Assembly: GCA_963844965.1 (NCBI GenBank)
Contig: CAWJQC010000009.1
Location: 32,001-96,000, forward strand
Origin: an uncultured bacterium
GTDB lineage: Bacteria; Patescibacteriota; Minisyncoccia; UBA6257; 2-01-FULL-56-20
Direction of reading: 5' to 3'
Length of the DNA stretch: 64,000 bases
This document shows, one piece after another, positions 1-10,064 of the stretch. The number at the start of each line of letters is the position of its first letter. The first letter of the stretch is position 1. The notes under the pieces are model-generated. The model made no database searches and had not been told where the DNA came from. It saw nothing but the letters and a program-made list of their open reading frames with translations. The position numbers and the translations under genes were made by a program.

Positions 1-404
1 TAGAACGGCCAGAAGTCATCGTCTTCCGGGTGGTAGTAAAAAGCTGGAAGCGCTTCTATCAAAAGCGCCAGGTGATGATCGCCCAAGCCGTCAGCGATAT
101 CTTTCAAGTTGCCGAGAAGCGCGTCGTTCTTCATAACGCCGCCGGCGTTTTTCAGATGCTTTTTACTGGAAGCGATTATTTGCGCGCAGTCGGGATTCTT
201 TGAAATTTCCTTTGAAATGGTATCTATGGCTGAATTCTCTATTTGTCTGATTCTTTCCCGCGTTACGTGCATTCTGTCGCCTATCGCCGCCAGCGTTTCA
301 TAATCGCCTTTGTTATTCAAACCAAAACGGCCGCAAATTACTTCCTTTTGGCGGCTATTTAAGACACTTATTAAACTATTGAACAACTTCTGTGCCGAAG
401 TCAT
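1..404 (-). CDS. Sigma-70 region-4-like HTH domain protein; N-terminus in window, 3' end runs off the window start
   Basis: Manual minus-strand translation from ATG (revcomp at 402..404) gives MTSAQKLFNSLISVLNSRQKEVICGRFGLNNKGDYETLAAIGDRMHVTRERIRQIENSAIDTISK... The 'TLAAIGDRMHVTRERIRQIE' stretch matches the sigma-70 region 4.2 HTH signature. It is absent from the ORF track because it is truncated. Confidence 0.5.
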   Translation of the reverse strand, partial: MTSAQKLFNSLISVLNSRQKEVICGRFGLNNKGDYETLAAIGDRMHVTRERIRQIENSAIDTISKEISKNPDCAQIIASSKKHLKNAGGVMKNDALLGNLKDIADGLGDHHLALLIEALPAFYYHPEDDDFWPF

Positions 405-487
405 ATGAGTTATTTGTTAGTTATTATACACCAGAGACCTTTTAAAAGTCAAGGGGGGGTTGCCCACACCCCATTTTTGGGCTTATT

Positions 488-1394
488 TTATAAGGATTTT
501 GAGGGGCTTTTACCGAATATGAGAAGGGCGGGGCTGGCAATGAAGATAGATGAGTAAATGCCGGTAGTAACGCCGACGAGAAGCGTCAAAATAAAGTACC
601 GCAGATTTATGGGACCCGTGAAGTACATGGCGACGAGCACCAAAATCAGCGTAAGAGAGGTGTTTATGGATCTCGCCAGGGTTTGATTGACGCTTGCGTT
701 TATAAGGGTCTCAAAGTCCTCCCTGCCTCTGCTTTTTAACAAATTTTCCCTTATTCTGTCAAATACCACGATTGTGTCGTGCACTGAGAAACCCATGACG
801 ACGAGGAGTGCGACCACGAAATTGCTGTCAATCTCAATTTTCAAAAAATGTCCGAGCAACGCGAGGAGACCGGCTGGAATGGCGACGTCGTGAAAAAGCG
901 TGAGTAGCGTCACGATGCCATACTTCCAGGAGCTCACCGGCCGCGACGCCTTTCTGAAAGCGAAGGCTATGTAAAGAGAAATGCCGATAAGGACGAGGCC
1001 GATGGCGATCAAAGCGTCCTTGCGGAGCTCCACGCCGATTGACGGTCCGATGGACTGGAAACTCAATTCGTCAAACGAAGGAATTTTGTTCTTAAGGACG
1101 CTCAAATATTTTTGGTGGTCGGTTTCGTTTATCTCCCCGGCCCGCACGAGGAATGTTCCGTTGGTTGTGTCGTAAGTAGCTACGGCATCCGGCAGGGCTG
1201 AGATCGGTATTGAAAATATTCTGGACGGCAGCCGGATCCGTATTGCCGCTCGCGGCCCGGAACTGCCAGAGCGTCCCGCCCGCAAAATCAACCCCTTCTT
1301 TAAACCTGAAGATGAGCATCGCGAGGATAGCTACGCCGACCAAGACACCGGAGAGCAAATAGAAATATTTTCGATTACCGATGATGTTTAACAT
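488..1394 (-). CDS. secF: Protein translocase subunit SecF, split by a frameshift near 1250-1291
   Basis: ORF 1092..1394 begins with a canonical SecF N-terminus (MLNIIGNRKYFYLLSGVLVGVAILAMLIFRFKEGVDFAGGTLWQFR). ORF 488..1291 in another frame carries the rest of SecF (TM-rich, ...SVHDTIVVFDRIREN...). The two overlap, which indicates a single indel. Confidence 0.8.
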
Positions 1395-1480
1395 AAATTT
1401 CTAATTTCTAATATCTAATTTCTAAACAATATGTTTGGGGTTTGTGATTTGGGTGTTGGGATTTATTTAGGAATTAGAAA

Positions 1481-2785
1481 TTAGGATTTAGGATTTGTTG
1501 TCTTGTCGTCTTTAATGAAGACCCTGAGGAACAGCCGCGTTGTCGTAATGGCGGAAAACAAGCTAACAAGAACGCCGATGAGGAGTGTCAGGGCGAAACC
1601 GCGAACAAAACTTGAAGTAAATTCATAGAGAATTATCGCCGTGATTATCGTGGACATGTTGGAATCGCGAATGGAGGGCCAGGCGCGCCGGAAGCCCTCT
1701 TCCATGGCGGATGTCTTTGAAAGTCCGTGTTTCAGTTCTTCTTTAATGCGTTCAAAGGTCAGGATGTTTGCGTCAACGGCCATACCGATGGTCAGGATAA
1801 ATCCGGCGAAACCGGCGAGACTTAGCGTTATTGGTATGAGTTTGAATACGCCGAGCGTGAGCGCGATATAAATAAGGAGCGCTAACGCGGCGTAAATGCC
1901 AAGCTTCCGATAGTACATGAGCATGAAAATAATTATAAGTACGGTGCCGATGATGCCGGCAATTATAACTTTGCGCAACGAGTCCGCTCCCAAGCTCGGG
2001 CTTATCGTCTGCTGATTGATAAGCGTGATCGGCGCGGGCAGCGCTCCGGCATTGAAACGCTCAACAAGTTTCTGCGCTTCGTCCACGGTGAAGCTGCCGG
2101 TAATCACGGCATGCCCTCCGGAAATCTGTTGCTGAACGACGGGGCAGGTCATAAGCTGATTGTCTATGAAAACAGGCAATGGCCTTTGAATATTTGCTCC
2201 CGTGAGATTTTCAAAAATCTTCGCGCCTTCGTCATTGAAAGTGATGGACACGCGCGGCGCGCGAGTTGTTTGGTCAAACTCCAGCTGTGCCCCCGTGACA
2301 TACCGTCCGGTCAGGTTTGTTACGACAAGAGTTGAACTTGCCGGGACGTTGCAGGCCGCGGCTATATCCGGCGGCATGGGGGCTACTTTCTCGCCCGGTG
2401 TGGGAGTTTCTATTTGTGCAAAATAAAGAAGCGGTGTTGAACCGATTTCCTTGATGGCGTCCGAAATATTCGTTACACCGGCCAGTTCCACGACGAGCTG
2501 GGCGTTGCCGCCTGACCTCGCGGTAAATATTTGCGGCTCACTCACACCAAATAAGTTCACTCTACGCTCTATCACGTCCCGCAGTCCGTTGATAACGGAA
2601 TCTTGGTCGGTAGCCGCTACTTGGGAGAGGTCAATCTGATAGACGAGGTGGCTGCCGCCGACCAAGTCCAGCCCCAGACGCCACGGCTGGTATCTGGCGC
2701 CGAGCCATTTCGGATAAACAAAAATCACGGCCGCGATAGCGACCAAAATTATGATTGTTAAAAACAAGCCCGGATTACGGCGCAT
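1481..2785 (-). CDS. secD: Protein translocase subunit SecD
   Basis: 434-aa ORF with the SecD periplasmic domain and C-terminal TM bundle (…GLDLVGGSHLVYQ…, …DANILTFERIKEEL…), immediately upstream of secF. Confidence 0.9.
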   Translation of the reverse strand: MRRNPGLFLTIIILVAIAAVIFVYPKWLGARYQPWRLGLDLVGGSHLVYQIDLSQVAATDQDSVINGLRDVIERRVNLFGVSEPQIFTARSGGNAQLVVELAGVTNISDAIKEIGSTPLLYFAQIETPTPGEKVAPMPPDIAAACNVPASSTLVVTNLTGRYVTGAQLEFDQTTRAPRVSITFNDEGAKIFENLTGANIQRPLPVFIDNQLMTCPVVQQQISGGHAVITGSFTVDEAQKLVERFNAGALPAPITLINQQTISPSLGADSLRKVIIAGIIGTVLIIIFMLMYYRKLGIYAALALLIYIALTLGVFKLIPITLSLAGFAGFILTIGMAVDANILTFERIKEELKHGLSKTSAMEEGFRRAWPSIRDSNMSTIITAIILYEFTSSFVRGFALTLLIGVLVSLFSAITTTRLFLRVFIKDDKTTNPKS

Positions 2786-2961
2786 ACCCAGTAGTGAAAC
2801 TGTGATTATTTATAAATCAAGCAATTCACGACGTAATTACTAATTGCCCATGCAATAAACCGTAGATGCCGCAAAGATGTTTTCCGCCTACGGCGTCGCA
2901 GTTCTACTACTGGGCATATGGAAATTAGTGTAACAGCATTCTAACAAAAAGTAAACACTTG

Positions 2962-3032
2962 TACCCCCACTAGGAATCGGACCTAGGTCAACTGCTTAAA
3001 AGGCAGCTGCTCTACCACTGAGCTATGGGGGC
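2962..3032 (-). tRNA. tRNA-Lys (anticodon UUU)
   Basis: Minus-strand sequence GCCCCCATAGCTCAGTGGTAGAGCAGCTGCCTTTTAAGCAGTTGACCTAGGTCCGATTCCTAGTGGGGGTA folds as a cloverleaf. It has a 7-bp acceptor stem, D-arm GCTC/GAGC, an anticodon loop CTTTTAA (anticodon TTT), and T-arm CTAGG/TCCGATT/CCTAG. Confidence 0.8.
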
Positions 3033-3156
3033 TGACCTGTATTATAACTTCTAATTTGGTTATTTTCAAACAAACAGAGCCGCTCTAAGGCGGCCTGAAG
3101 TGGATAGGTTTATTTAGACATTAATTCGATGATTTTTGTAACCCTATCCCACCGCG

Positions 3157-3687
3157 TTACTTGCTATTTCTCATTCGTTTTATCACTTCGCCAAATCTTC
3201 GCTCGAACTTATTTTTTGGTACTTGGCTACTATAGTGGAGAGCATAGTCCACTTTTATCTCTTTAGAAATTCGTGGCTCAATAAACGGCCCGAAGCTCGC
3301 CTCATAAGTTCTTCTACCCAAAACTACAATGGCTTTCGGTCGTATAATTTCTATTTCTTTAAGTAGGAATGGTAACCATTTCTGTATTTCTTTCTCTGTC
3401 GGTTGTCTTGGTCTATCTCCCGCCTTAACAATGTCGGTTACATAACTCCCGGCGACACCATATTTAACCATCATTTCTTGAAGAAATTTGTCTCTGGTTG
3501 TCCTGCTGAAATTGGGGTATTTATTTCTATTAGATTTTTCTTCGGGCTTATTCATAGACGGCATCTCTGCGACAAACATAAAATTAAACCGTTCCCGTGA
3601 GTCCTTTGGCAAAAATACCCCGCTCGATTCCCGTGATGGCTTTAGTTTTTTATTAAGATTTTTTAGTTTGTCTAGCTTACTGTTCAT
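3157..3687 (-). CDS. Uracil-DNA glycosylase superfamily-like protein (putative)
   Basis: 176-aa ORF. The segments ...FMFVAEMPS... and ...DIVKAGDRPRQPTEKEIQKWLPFLLKEIEIIRPKAIVVLGRRTYE... resemble UDG family 4/5 motifs, but the canonical GEGPG motif is not conserved. Confidence 0.35.
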   Translation of the reverse strand: MNSKLDKLKNLNKKLKPSRESSGVFLPKDSRERFNFMFVAEMPSMNKPEEKSNRNKYPNFSRTTRDKFLQEMMVKYGVAGSYVTDIVKAGDRPRQPTEKEIQKWLPFLLKEIEIIRPKAIVVLGRRTYEASFGPFIEPRISKEIKVDYALHYSSQVPKNKFERRFGEVIKRMRNSK

Positions 3688-3707
3688 AGAAAAACTCTTC
3701 TATCTTT

Positions 3708-3887
3708 TCATCTTTTCGATTCACTGATTTTCTTTTTGCAATCTTTGCAAATACCAGCCATTTGTTCGTCCCAATTGCTTAAATATTTTTTACAACTTAC
3801 ACACCGATTGGTTTCGGGAGTGGGAAGATGACACTTAGGACAAGAAGACATTCCGCCATATACAGCACCGCATTTGCAATTTGGCAT
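3708..3887 (-). CDS. Small zinc-ribbon protein with four CxxC pairs (59 aa)
   Basis: Manual translation gives MPNCKCGAVYGGMSSCPKCHLPTPETNRCVSCKKYLSNWDEQMAGICKDCKKKISESKR. It is below the 60-aa ORF-track cutoff. Confidence 0.45.
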   Translation of the reverse strand: MPNCKCGAVYGGMSSCPKCHLPTPETNRCVSCKKYLSNWDEQMAGICKDCKKKISESKR

Positions 3888-3935
3888 AATTTCGTATTTT
3901 TATTTTATATTTTTACTATATACGCGCGCGACCTT

Positions 3936-4493
3936 TCATCTATTTTTCCTTTCAAGACGCACAATCCACCTTATTTTTTCTTTTTCCACGTCGGTGGGTG
4001 GGTTAACAGATAAACCCTCGAGTTTTTTAGATATTAGATCTTCGGTAAGTCCGCTATTAAGTCCCTCGTCTATAATATCGGCGACTCTTTTAAACTCTGG
4101 ACGATGCGTTTTTTGATAGGCAAACAGCATGTCCGCGGCGTAATCAATAAACTTCTCACCATTAGACGAGAGAGTGCCCCCGTAATCGTCCAGTGGTAGA
4201 CCCCCCTCTTCGCTCTTTCCAGCTATATCATGCACGGTTTTGACAATCTCCTTGGCATCGGAATCGGAGAGGGCTTGGAAACGTTTTACCGCGGCATATA
4301 CTGATGTGATGATTTGATCCTCGGTAAGACCGCCGCGCAAACCCCTTCTTGCTATTCCCGAAAATACTTTCTTCGATTCGCCACCAGCTGATTGGAAAAT
4401 TTTAAATATTCCGTAAAGAAAACCAAAAATCAGCGAGAACACAACGGCGAAAAGACCGAAATCACTACCATCTTTTTTGTTTGATCCTGCCAT
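3936..4493 (-). CDS. Hypothetical membrane-anchored protein with duplicated GL(x)GLTED motif
   Basis: 185-aa ORF with an N-terminal TM helix and internal repeats RGLRGGLTEDQII and EGLNSGLTEDLIS. Confidence 0.5.
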   Translation of the reverse strand: MAGSNKKDGSDFGLFAVVFSLIFGFLYGIFKIFQSAGGESKKVFSGIARRGLRGGLTEDQIITSVYAAVKRFQALSDSDAKEIVKTVHDIAGKSEEGGLPLDDYGGTLSSNGEKFIDYAADMLFAYQKTHRPEFKRVADIIDEGLNSGLTEDLISKKLEGLSVNPPTDVEKEKIRWIVRLERKNR

Positions 4494-4583
4494 TGTTGAT
4501 TACATTCAAATTCTACCATTTTTTGCTTCGACCACCATGCTGTGCAATGACAAAAATATTGTTACTAAAGAGCAGTTTCTTTG

Positions 4584-5720
4584 CTATTCTTCTTTCTCCA
4601 ATTCTTCCAATAGTTTCTTCGCTTTCGGGCTTAATTTCTTCGGCGCCTTGACAGTGAAAGTCACGAGTAAATCGCCGCGGTTTACACCGAGCACCGTCGA
4701 GGTGCCAAATTTTGGCATTCCTTCCTCCGGAATCCGCAAGTTTTCCTTCAGATTGAAGTGCGCCGGGATTTCAATATTGATTTTCCCGCCGCCTATGGTC
4801 GGTATTTCTATTTTGCGTCCCAGAAGGAGGTCAAAAATATTCAGGTCCTTTTTGATGACGAGGTCGCTGCCGTGGCGTTCAAAGACCGGATGCTGGCGGA
4901 CGCGGACGCGGATATAGAGGTCGCCCGCCGCTGTGCCGCGCTCCCCCGCCTCGCCCATTCCTTTTATTTTTATAAGCTGGCCGTCATCAACGCCGGGCAA
5001 AATTTCAACTTTCACCTCGCGCTCGCCCGTGATTTTGCCGTTTCCTTTACAATAGCCGCAGACCTTGTTGGGAATCTGGCCCACGCCGTTGCATTTCGTA
5101 CAGGCCCTGATCTGCGAAAACGTGCCGAAAAAAGTCCTGCGTTGTTCGCGGATCTCTCCCTGCCCGCCGCAGACGGAGCAGGTCGTAAAGCCGGCAGAGG
5201 CGTCGCTCCCCTGCCCCTTGCAGTGCTCACAACGGAGCGATGTTTTTATTTTAAGGTCCTTCGTGACCCCGCGGAACGCTTCCTCAAGCGTCACCTCTTC
5301 CATCATTTCCAAATCCGAACCCCTCTCGTACGTGCGGCGGCGCGGCTTCACGCCGAGTCCCTCAAAGAAACTTTCAAAAATATCGCCAATGTCGCCGAAG
5401 TCCGAATAATTTCCGCCTTCGCTGCCGGGAAATCCAAAACCTTCCCAGTTAAATCCGCCGGGAAATCCACCCCACTCGGGCCCCGCGCCTCCTCCCCAGG
5501 AAAAGCCGCTAGCGGGCTCCGCCGTTCCGAAGCGGTCATAGTTGGCGCGCTTCGCTTTGTCCGACAGAACCTGATACGCTTCGTTTATTTCCTTGAATTT
5601 ATTTTCGTCGCCGCCGGCTTTATCCGGATGATACTGGTGTGCGAGCCGCCTGTAGGCCTTTTTAATCTCCTCTTCGGAGGCGTTTTTGGTCACGCCTAAA
5701 ATTTTATAATAATCTCTCAT
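4584..5720 (-). CDS. dnaJ: Chaperone DnaJ
   Basis: J-domain ([10 protein letters not shown]...HPDK), a G/F-rich region and four CxxCxGxG zinc-finger repeats. Confidence 0.9.
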   Translation of the reverse strand: MRDYYKILGVTKNASEEEIKKAYRRLAHQYHPDKAGGDENKFKEINEAYQVLSDKAKRANYDRFGTAEPASGFSWGGGAGPEWGGFPGGFNWEGFGFPGSEGGNYSDFGDIGDIFESFFEGLGVKPRRRTYERGSDLEMMEEVTLEEAFRGVTKDLKIKTSLRCEHCKGQGSDASAGFTTCSVCGGQGEIREQRRTFFGTFSQIRACTKCNGVGQIPNKVCGYCKGNGKITGEREVKVEILPGVDDGQLIKIKGMGEAGERGTAAGDLYIRVRVRQHPVFERHGSDLVIKKDLNIFDLLLGRKIEIPTIGGGKINIEIPAHFNLKENLRIPEEGMPKFGTSTVLGVNRGDLLVTFTVKAPKKLSPKAKKLLEELEKEE

Positions 5721-5808
5721 AAAAATTTTTAATTTTAAAATTTTGCAATTTTCAATGATAACGCGTTTGAAAATTAAAAATTAGAAATTGAAAATTGGTC
5801 AGTATTCA

Positions 5809-6849
5809 TCAGTATTCTAAGACTTCGTGTGTCCGTGTCTCACCTAAAACGTGCATGAAATTGGACGCCAGAAGCATCTCGTATACCAGGAACGAAATAA
5901 GCCCGACGATAAGATAGAATATCACGCCGAGGATTCGGAGCACGATAAAGACCACAAGCACCCAGCCGATATCAAAAAAACTGCCGAAACGATCGCGCCA
6001 ACTGTTCAAGAACTTGATTATCACGTTATAGAGGACGTCGCTTGTCAGTTCGTCGCCGGTAATCGTTACGCCGAGACTCTTGCCCAGATTTTTTACCAGA
6101 TCGCCGGCGGTTTGCACTATGGCAGAATCCTGATCGGCGGCAGCCAGATTTTCAAATGTCGGATTATTTTTAAGCTCCACGCGCGCTATGCCTTCGGCAA
6201 ACTTTTCAAACGACGTGGAGGGGTTGATCTCCGGGTAGAAATTGGCCACAGATGCGGCAACCCAGTCGTAGAATTTCTGAAAATTGGCTTCCGAGACAAA
6301 CATGGTATTTTCATTCAATTGCGGCAAATAGAGGATGACAAACATCAGAAGAAGCGCCGTTGTCAATTTTTTAAGAACCGGTCTCGTCGTGCGGAAAAAA
6401 CTTATCTCCAAAACATTATCAAGTTCCCTGCGTCCAAATACGTCGCCGCAAAACATGAGCAAGAAGGTGAGCGCGGCGACGATGCCCAAAATTTTCAGAT
6501 TATAGGTATAGAACAATCCGAGGAGGGCAACTACCTCAAGGATAATGATCCAAAGCCGGTGCGCGAGTTCTTTCGTGAGTAGCATTGAGAGAACGGATAA
6601 AACCGAGAAAACGGTTACACCAAGTAAAAGCAGAGCGTAATTTACCGCTCCTACCAGGAACTGCCTGTAGAGGTATCCAACGCTGAACGCCGACGCGACC
6701 GTTAAGAGGTCCATAGCCAGCGGTTTATAAAAGTCGTGGCGCTTCACTGGGGCTTCGGGGTTAACCTGCCTGATCAGGTTTTGGGGAGACAATTTCGGTT
6801 CCATCCCGTTAGAAATAGGACGCGGACGAAAAAACTCCGTGCCTACCAT
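5809..6849 (-). CDS. Hypothetical polytopic membrane protein lying between dnaJ and dnaK
   Basis: 346-aa ORF with multiple predicted TM helices and no recognisable family. Confidence 0.55.
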   Translation of the reverse strand: MVGTEFFRPRPISNGMEPKLSPQNLIRQVNPEAPVKRHDFYKPLAMDLLTVASAFSVGYLYRQFLVGAVNYALLLLGVTVFSVLSVLSMLLTKELAHRLWIIILEVVALLGLFYTYNLKILGIVAALTFLLMFCGDVFGRRELDNVLEISFFRTTRPVLKKLTTALLLMFVILYLPQLNENTMFVSEANFQKFYDWVAASVANFYPEINPSTSFEKFAEGIARVELKNNPTFENLAAADQDSAIVQTAGDLVKNLGKSLGVTITGDELTSDVLYNVIIKFLNSWRDRFGSFFDIGWVLVVFIVLRILGVIFYLIVGLISFLVYEMLLASNFMHVLGETRTHEVLEY

Positions 6850-6940
6850 TATTGCTTAATATATTTCGACCGTTCAATAAATACGTCATTTGTAAAAGCG
6901 TCCGCGATTTCTAACGGGATTCCATCTTTTTCGTTATCTT

Positions 6941-9079
6941 TTATGCGGGCGGCTGTTGAGGTTTTTCTTCGCCTCTGCCTTCGTTCCCTTTATTATAGAA
7001 CGACTGGCCGATTTTTTGAACTTCCGCCGAAAGGGCGGCACTCGCGGATTTTATCGCTTCCAGGTCGCCGCTATCCTTAACCTTCTTGAGCGCTTCAACT
7101 TTTTCGTTCACCGCGTTCTTGATATCAGCGCCGATCTTATCTCCGGCGTCCTTCAAAGATTTTTCGGCGAGGTAAACCAGCGCTTCCGCCTGGTTGCGCG
7201 TATCGGCAAGTTCCTTTTTCCGCGCGTCGTCTGCGGCGTGTTCGGCGGCTTCCTTGCGCAACTTTTCAATTTCATCTTTGGACAAGTGGGTCGTCGCCTC
7301 AATTTTCACCGATTGCGATTTTCCCGACGCCTTGTCCTTGGCCGAGACGGAGAGTATCCCGTTGGCGTCAATGTCAAAAGTCACTTCAACCTGCGGAACG
7401 CCGCGAGGCGCGGGCGGTATGCCGTCCAGAATGAACCGCGCCAGGGTTTTGTTGTCCGCCGCCATTGGCCGTTCTCCTTGAAGAACGTGAACTTCCACCG
7501 ACGTTTGCATGTCCGCGGCCGTGGAGAAAACCTGTGTCTTCGCCGTCGGCACGGTGGTGTTTTTCTGGATCATCGGCGTCGCCACGCCGCCCAACGTTTC
7601 AATGCTTAAAGTGAGCGGCGTTACGTCCAAAAGCAAGATGTCCTTCACGTCGCCCTGGAGAATTCCCGCCTGCACGGCGGCTCCCACGGCTACGACCTCA
7701 TCGGGATTGATCCCCTTGTGCGGCTCCTTTCCGAAAAGTTTTTTCACCGCTTCCACCATCGCCGGCATTCTCGTCTGCCCGCCGACCAGAACCACTTCGT
7801 TGATGTCCGACAGTTTGAACCCGGCGCCTTTCGGCGGCGGGGCGGTCACCGTCTCGCGCGTAAGTTCTATGGAACGAGCTATGTAATCCTCAACGAGATT
7901 CTCCAATTTGGCGCGGCTGAGTTTTATCAGAAAATGCTTTGGGCCGGAAGCGTCGGAAGTAATATACGGAAGATTAATTTCGGTTTCCGTGGAAGTAGAA
8001 AGCTCGTGCTTCGCGCGTTCAGCAGCTTCTTTGAGACGCTGGAGCGCGAGCGGGTCCTTTGATATATCAATGCCTTCCCGCTTCTTGTATTCCGCGACCA
8101 AATATTCGTTGATACGCTTGTCAAAATCGTCGCCGCCCAGGTGCGTGTCGCCGCCGGTCGCCTTCACCTCAACGGTGTCGTCGCCGACCTCAAGGACGGA
8201 GATGTCAAAAGTTCCGCCGCCGAAATCGTAGACAATGATTTTTTCGCTTTTTTGGCGGTTCATCCCGTAAGCCAGGGCAGCCGCAGTCGGCTCGTTAATG
8301 ATTCGCCTAACCTTGAATCCCGCGATTTCCCCGGAATTTTTTGTCGCCTGCCGCTGCGAATCGTCAAAGTAAGCGGGCACGGTGATAACCGCCTCTTCCA
8401 CTTTTTCTCCCAGTTTCGCCTCTGCGTCGGCTTTAAGTTTTCCTAACATCATCGCGGACATTTCTTCCGGCGAATACCATTTATCGCCCATTTTTATTTC
8501 AACACCGCCGGATGCGCTTTGCTGGATGTCATAAGGCAGCCATGCCTTGTCGCGCTGGACTTCGGGGTCGGTCCATTTGCGGCCGATAAGGCGCTTTACG
8601 GAAAAAATCGTGTTCTTGGGATTCGTAATCGCTTGCCGCTTAGCGAGCAATCCGACGAGCCGCTCGCCGTTCTTTGAAATCGCGACTATGGAAGGCGTCG
8701 TGCGGTTGCCCTCGGGATTCTCAAGTATGCGCGGCTCGCCGCCTTCCGTTACGGCAACCGCGGAATTAGTTGTTCCCAAGTCAATTCCAATTATTTTTTT
8801 TCCCGTAGATTCACTGGCCGTAAATTCTGCCTCAAACGCACCTTCCCCGCTCGGCAGTAAAAACGGTTTTTCTTTCACCAAAAGAAAATCCCAATCTCCG
8901 AAATCGCCACCTTTAAAAAGATTCTCTAACCCGGATTTAGAAAATATCCCGGAGGGAGCTTTCTTAATTAAAACTGTTAAAATCCTTTTGCCGCCACCAC
9001 CGGTGGCAATAGCATCTTTCAGAACTTCTACTTCTAGACCTTTATTCTTACAAAATTTTTCAATTTTATCGTAGGACAT
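6941..9079 (-). CDS. dnaK: Chaperone DnaK (Hsp70) with an N-terminal extension of about 95 aa
   Basis: Canonical Hsp70 motifs ([29 protein letters not shown], substrate-binding domain and lid) are preceded in frame by [19 protein letters not shown]...FLLVKEKP... There is no alternative start next to KIIGIDLGT. Confidence 0.9.
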   Translation of the reverse strand: MSYDKIEKFCKNKGLEVEVLKDAIATGGGGKRILTVLIKKAPSGIFSKSGLENLFKGGDFGDWDFLLVKEKPFLLPSGEGAFEAEFTASESTGKKIIGIDLGTTNSAVAVTEGGEPRILENPEGNRTTPSIVAISKNGERLVGLLAKRQAITNPKNTIFSVKRLIGRKWTDPEVQRDKAWLPYDIQQSASGGVEIKMGDKWYSPEEMSAMMLGKLKADAEAKLGEKVEEAVITVPAYFDDSQRQATKNSGEIAGFKVRRIINEPTAAALAYGMNRQKSEKIIVYDFGGGTFDISVLEVGDDTVEVKATGGDTHLGGDDFDKRINEYLVAEYKKREGIDISKDPLALQRLKEAAERAKHELSTSTETEINLPYITSDASGPKHFLIKLSRAKLENLVEDYIARSIELTRETVTAPPPKGAGFKLSDINEVVLVGGQTRMPAMVEAVKKLFGKEPHKGINPDEVVAVGAAVQAGILQGDVKDILLLDVTPLTLSIETLGGVATPMIQKNTTVPTAKTQVFSTAADMQTSVEVHVLQGERPMAADNKTLARFILDGIPPAPRGVPQVEVTFDIDANGILSVSAKDKASGKSQSVKIEATTHLSKDEIEKLRKEAAEHAADDARKKELADTRNQAEALVYLAEKSLKDAGDKIGADIKNAVNEKVEALKKVKDSGDLEAIKSASAALSAEVQKIGQSFYNKGNEGRGEEKPQQPPA

Positions 9080-9114
9080 TTTATTATTTATTTTAATTAT
9101 TTTTCTAATTCGAC

Positions 9115-10041
9115 TTATTGCAGTTCCTCGACTTTATAGCTCCACGTTACGTCGTTAAACACCCCACTACTGACGGTTAAAAGGTACGTACCCGGACCAA
9201 ACCCATTATAGGTGCCACTTACTGTTTGGCCATCGGCAACTGGAATATTGTGAACGAACGTACCAAAAGGAATGGGATTTGAAGCATCCAGCAAACTCTT
9301 GATTCTCACAAAATCCAGGTCTTGCTTATTTTCTTCGGCGGTTGTTGGCCATGTATTTGAAGTTACATGATTTGTCATGGTCCATTGTACCCTCCATCGC
9401 TGAGAGGTTATTTGGAACGGCGGCGGATATTTTCTGTCTGTATAAGCTCGTGGGTCAGTTGACCTCGCTATACTGTTACCACGAGAAATCTCGACCCATA
9501 TCCCTGCTTGCGGGGTTGTAGACTGGGATATTACTTTATAAGTGGAGTCATCGGTAATTAGTATTGGTGTCGTTACAGATAAATTCGCTATTGTTTGGGA
9601 TGTATAGGAACTCGGATCACGCAAAGCATTGCCGTTATCGCTGCCAAGGGACCCCAAATACGTACCATTGAAAGAAATTTTATTACCGGGCATCAAATTC
9701 AAATTGTTGACTGTTTTAGGCAGGATGAAAGCAACTGCAGTATTACCTTGACTATCTTTAAGAACGAGACAGCAGTTCATCTCCATGCTTTGTATTGTGC
9801 CCTCGAATTGAGATGAATTCTCGGATGACAAATCTTGGCCAGAAAATTGTTCGATGGGAGATTGTTGCGTTGAGGCCAGAGGTGTTTTTGTCGTGGACGA
9901 TGCGGTTTGCAACTGATTTGTAGGCGTCGGAGATAAGGGCGGAGGTATTGCCACCGGAGTCTGGTTGTACAGTAGCCCGCCAGTTATAGCCACAACGAAA
10001 ATCGCACCGATTACTATAGACCATTTATATTTTGTCCACAT
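9115..10041 (-). CDS. Hypothetical membrane-anchored extracytoplasmic protein lying between dnaK and grpE
   Basis: 308-aa ORF with an N-terminal TM helix, a Pro/Thr/Ser-rich linker and a beta-rich C-terminus. Confidence 0.5.
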   Translation of the reverse strand: MWTKYKWSIVIGAIFVVAITGGLLYNQTPVAIPPPLSPTPTNQLQTASSTTKTPLASTQQSPIEQFSGQDLSSENSSQFEGTIQSMEMNCCLVLKDSQGNTAVAFILPKTVNNLNLMPGNKISFNGTYLGSLGSDNGNALRDPSSYTSQTIANLSVTTPILITDDSTYKVISQSTTPQAGIWVEISRGNSIARSTDPRAYTDRKYPPPFQITSQRWRVQWTMTNHVTSNTWPTTAEENKQDLDFVRIKSLLDASNPIPFGTFVHNIPVADGQTVSGTYNGFGPGTYLLTVSSGVFNDVTWSYKVEELQ

Positions 10042-10064
10042 AGTATTTTTAAATGATAATCTAT

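Noticed and set aside
109-303. Plus-strand 64-aa ORF
   Set aside because: It lies antisense within the sigma-region-4-like gene on the minus strand (1..404) and its composition is not protein-like.
4758-5699. 313-aa plus-strand ORF
   Set aside because: It is entirely antisense to dnaJ and has Ala/Arg-rich junk composition; it is a shadow ORF.
6956-7609. 217-aa plus-strand ORF (and other plus-strand ORFs from 7194 to 9074)
   Set aside because: These are antisense to dnaK with R/F-rich low-complexity translation; they are shadow ORFs.
8799-8806. A8 homopolymer just upstream of the canonical DnaK start as evidence that the N-terminal extension is an artefact
   Set aside because: It cannot be decided from the sequence alone. 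The extension's clear homology to the GrpE C-terminal extension argues it is real protein-coding sequence, but whether it is fused to DnaK should be checked in reads.
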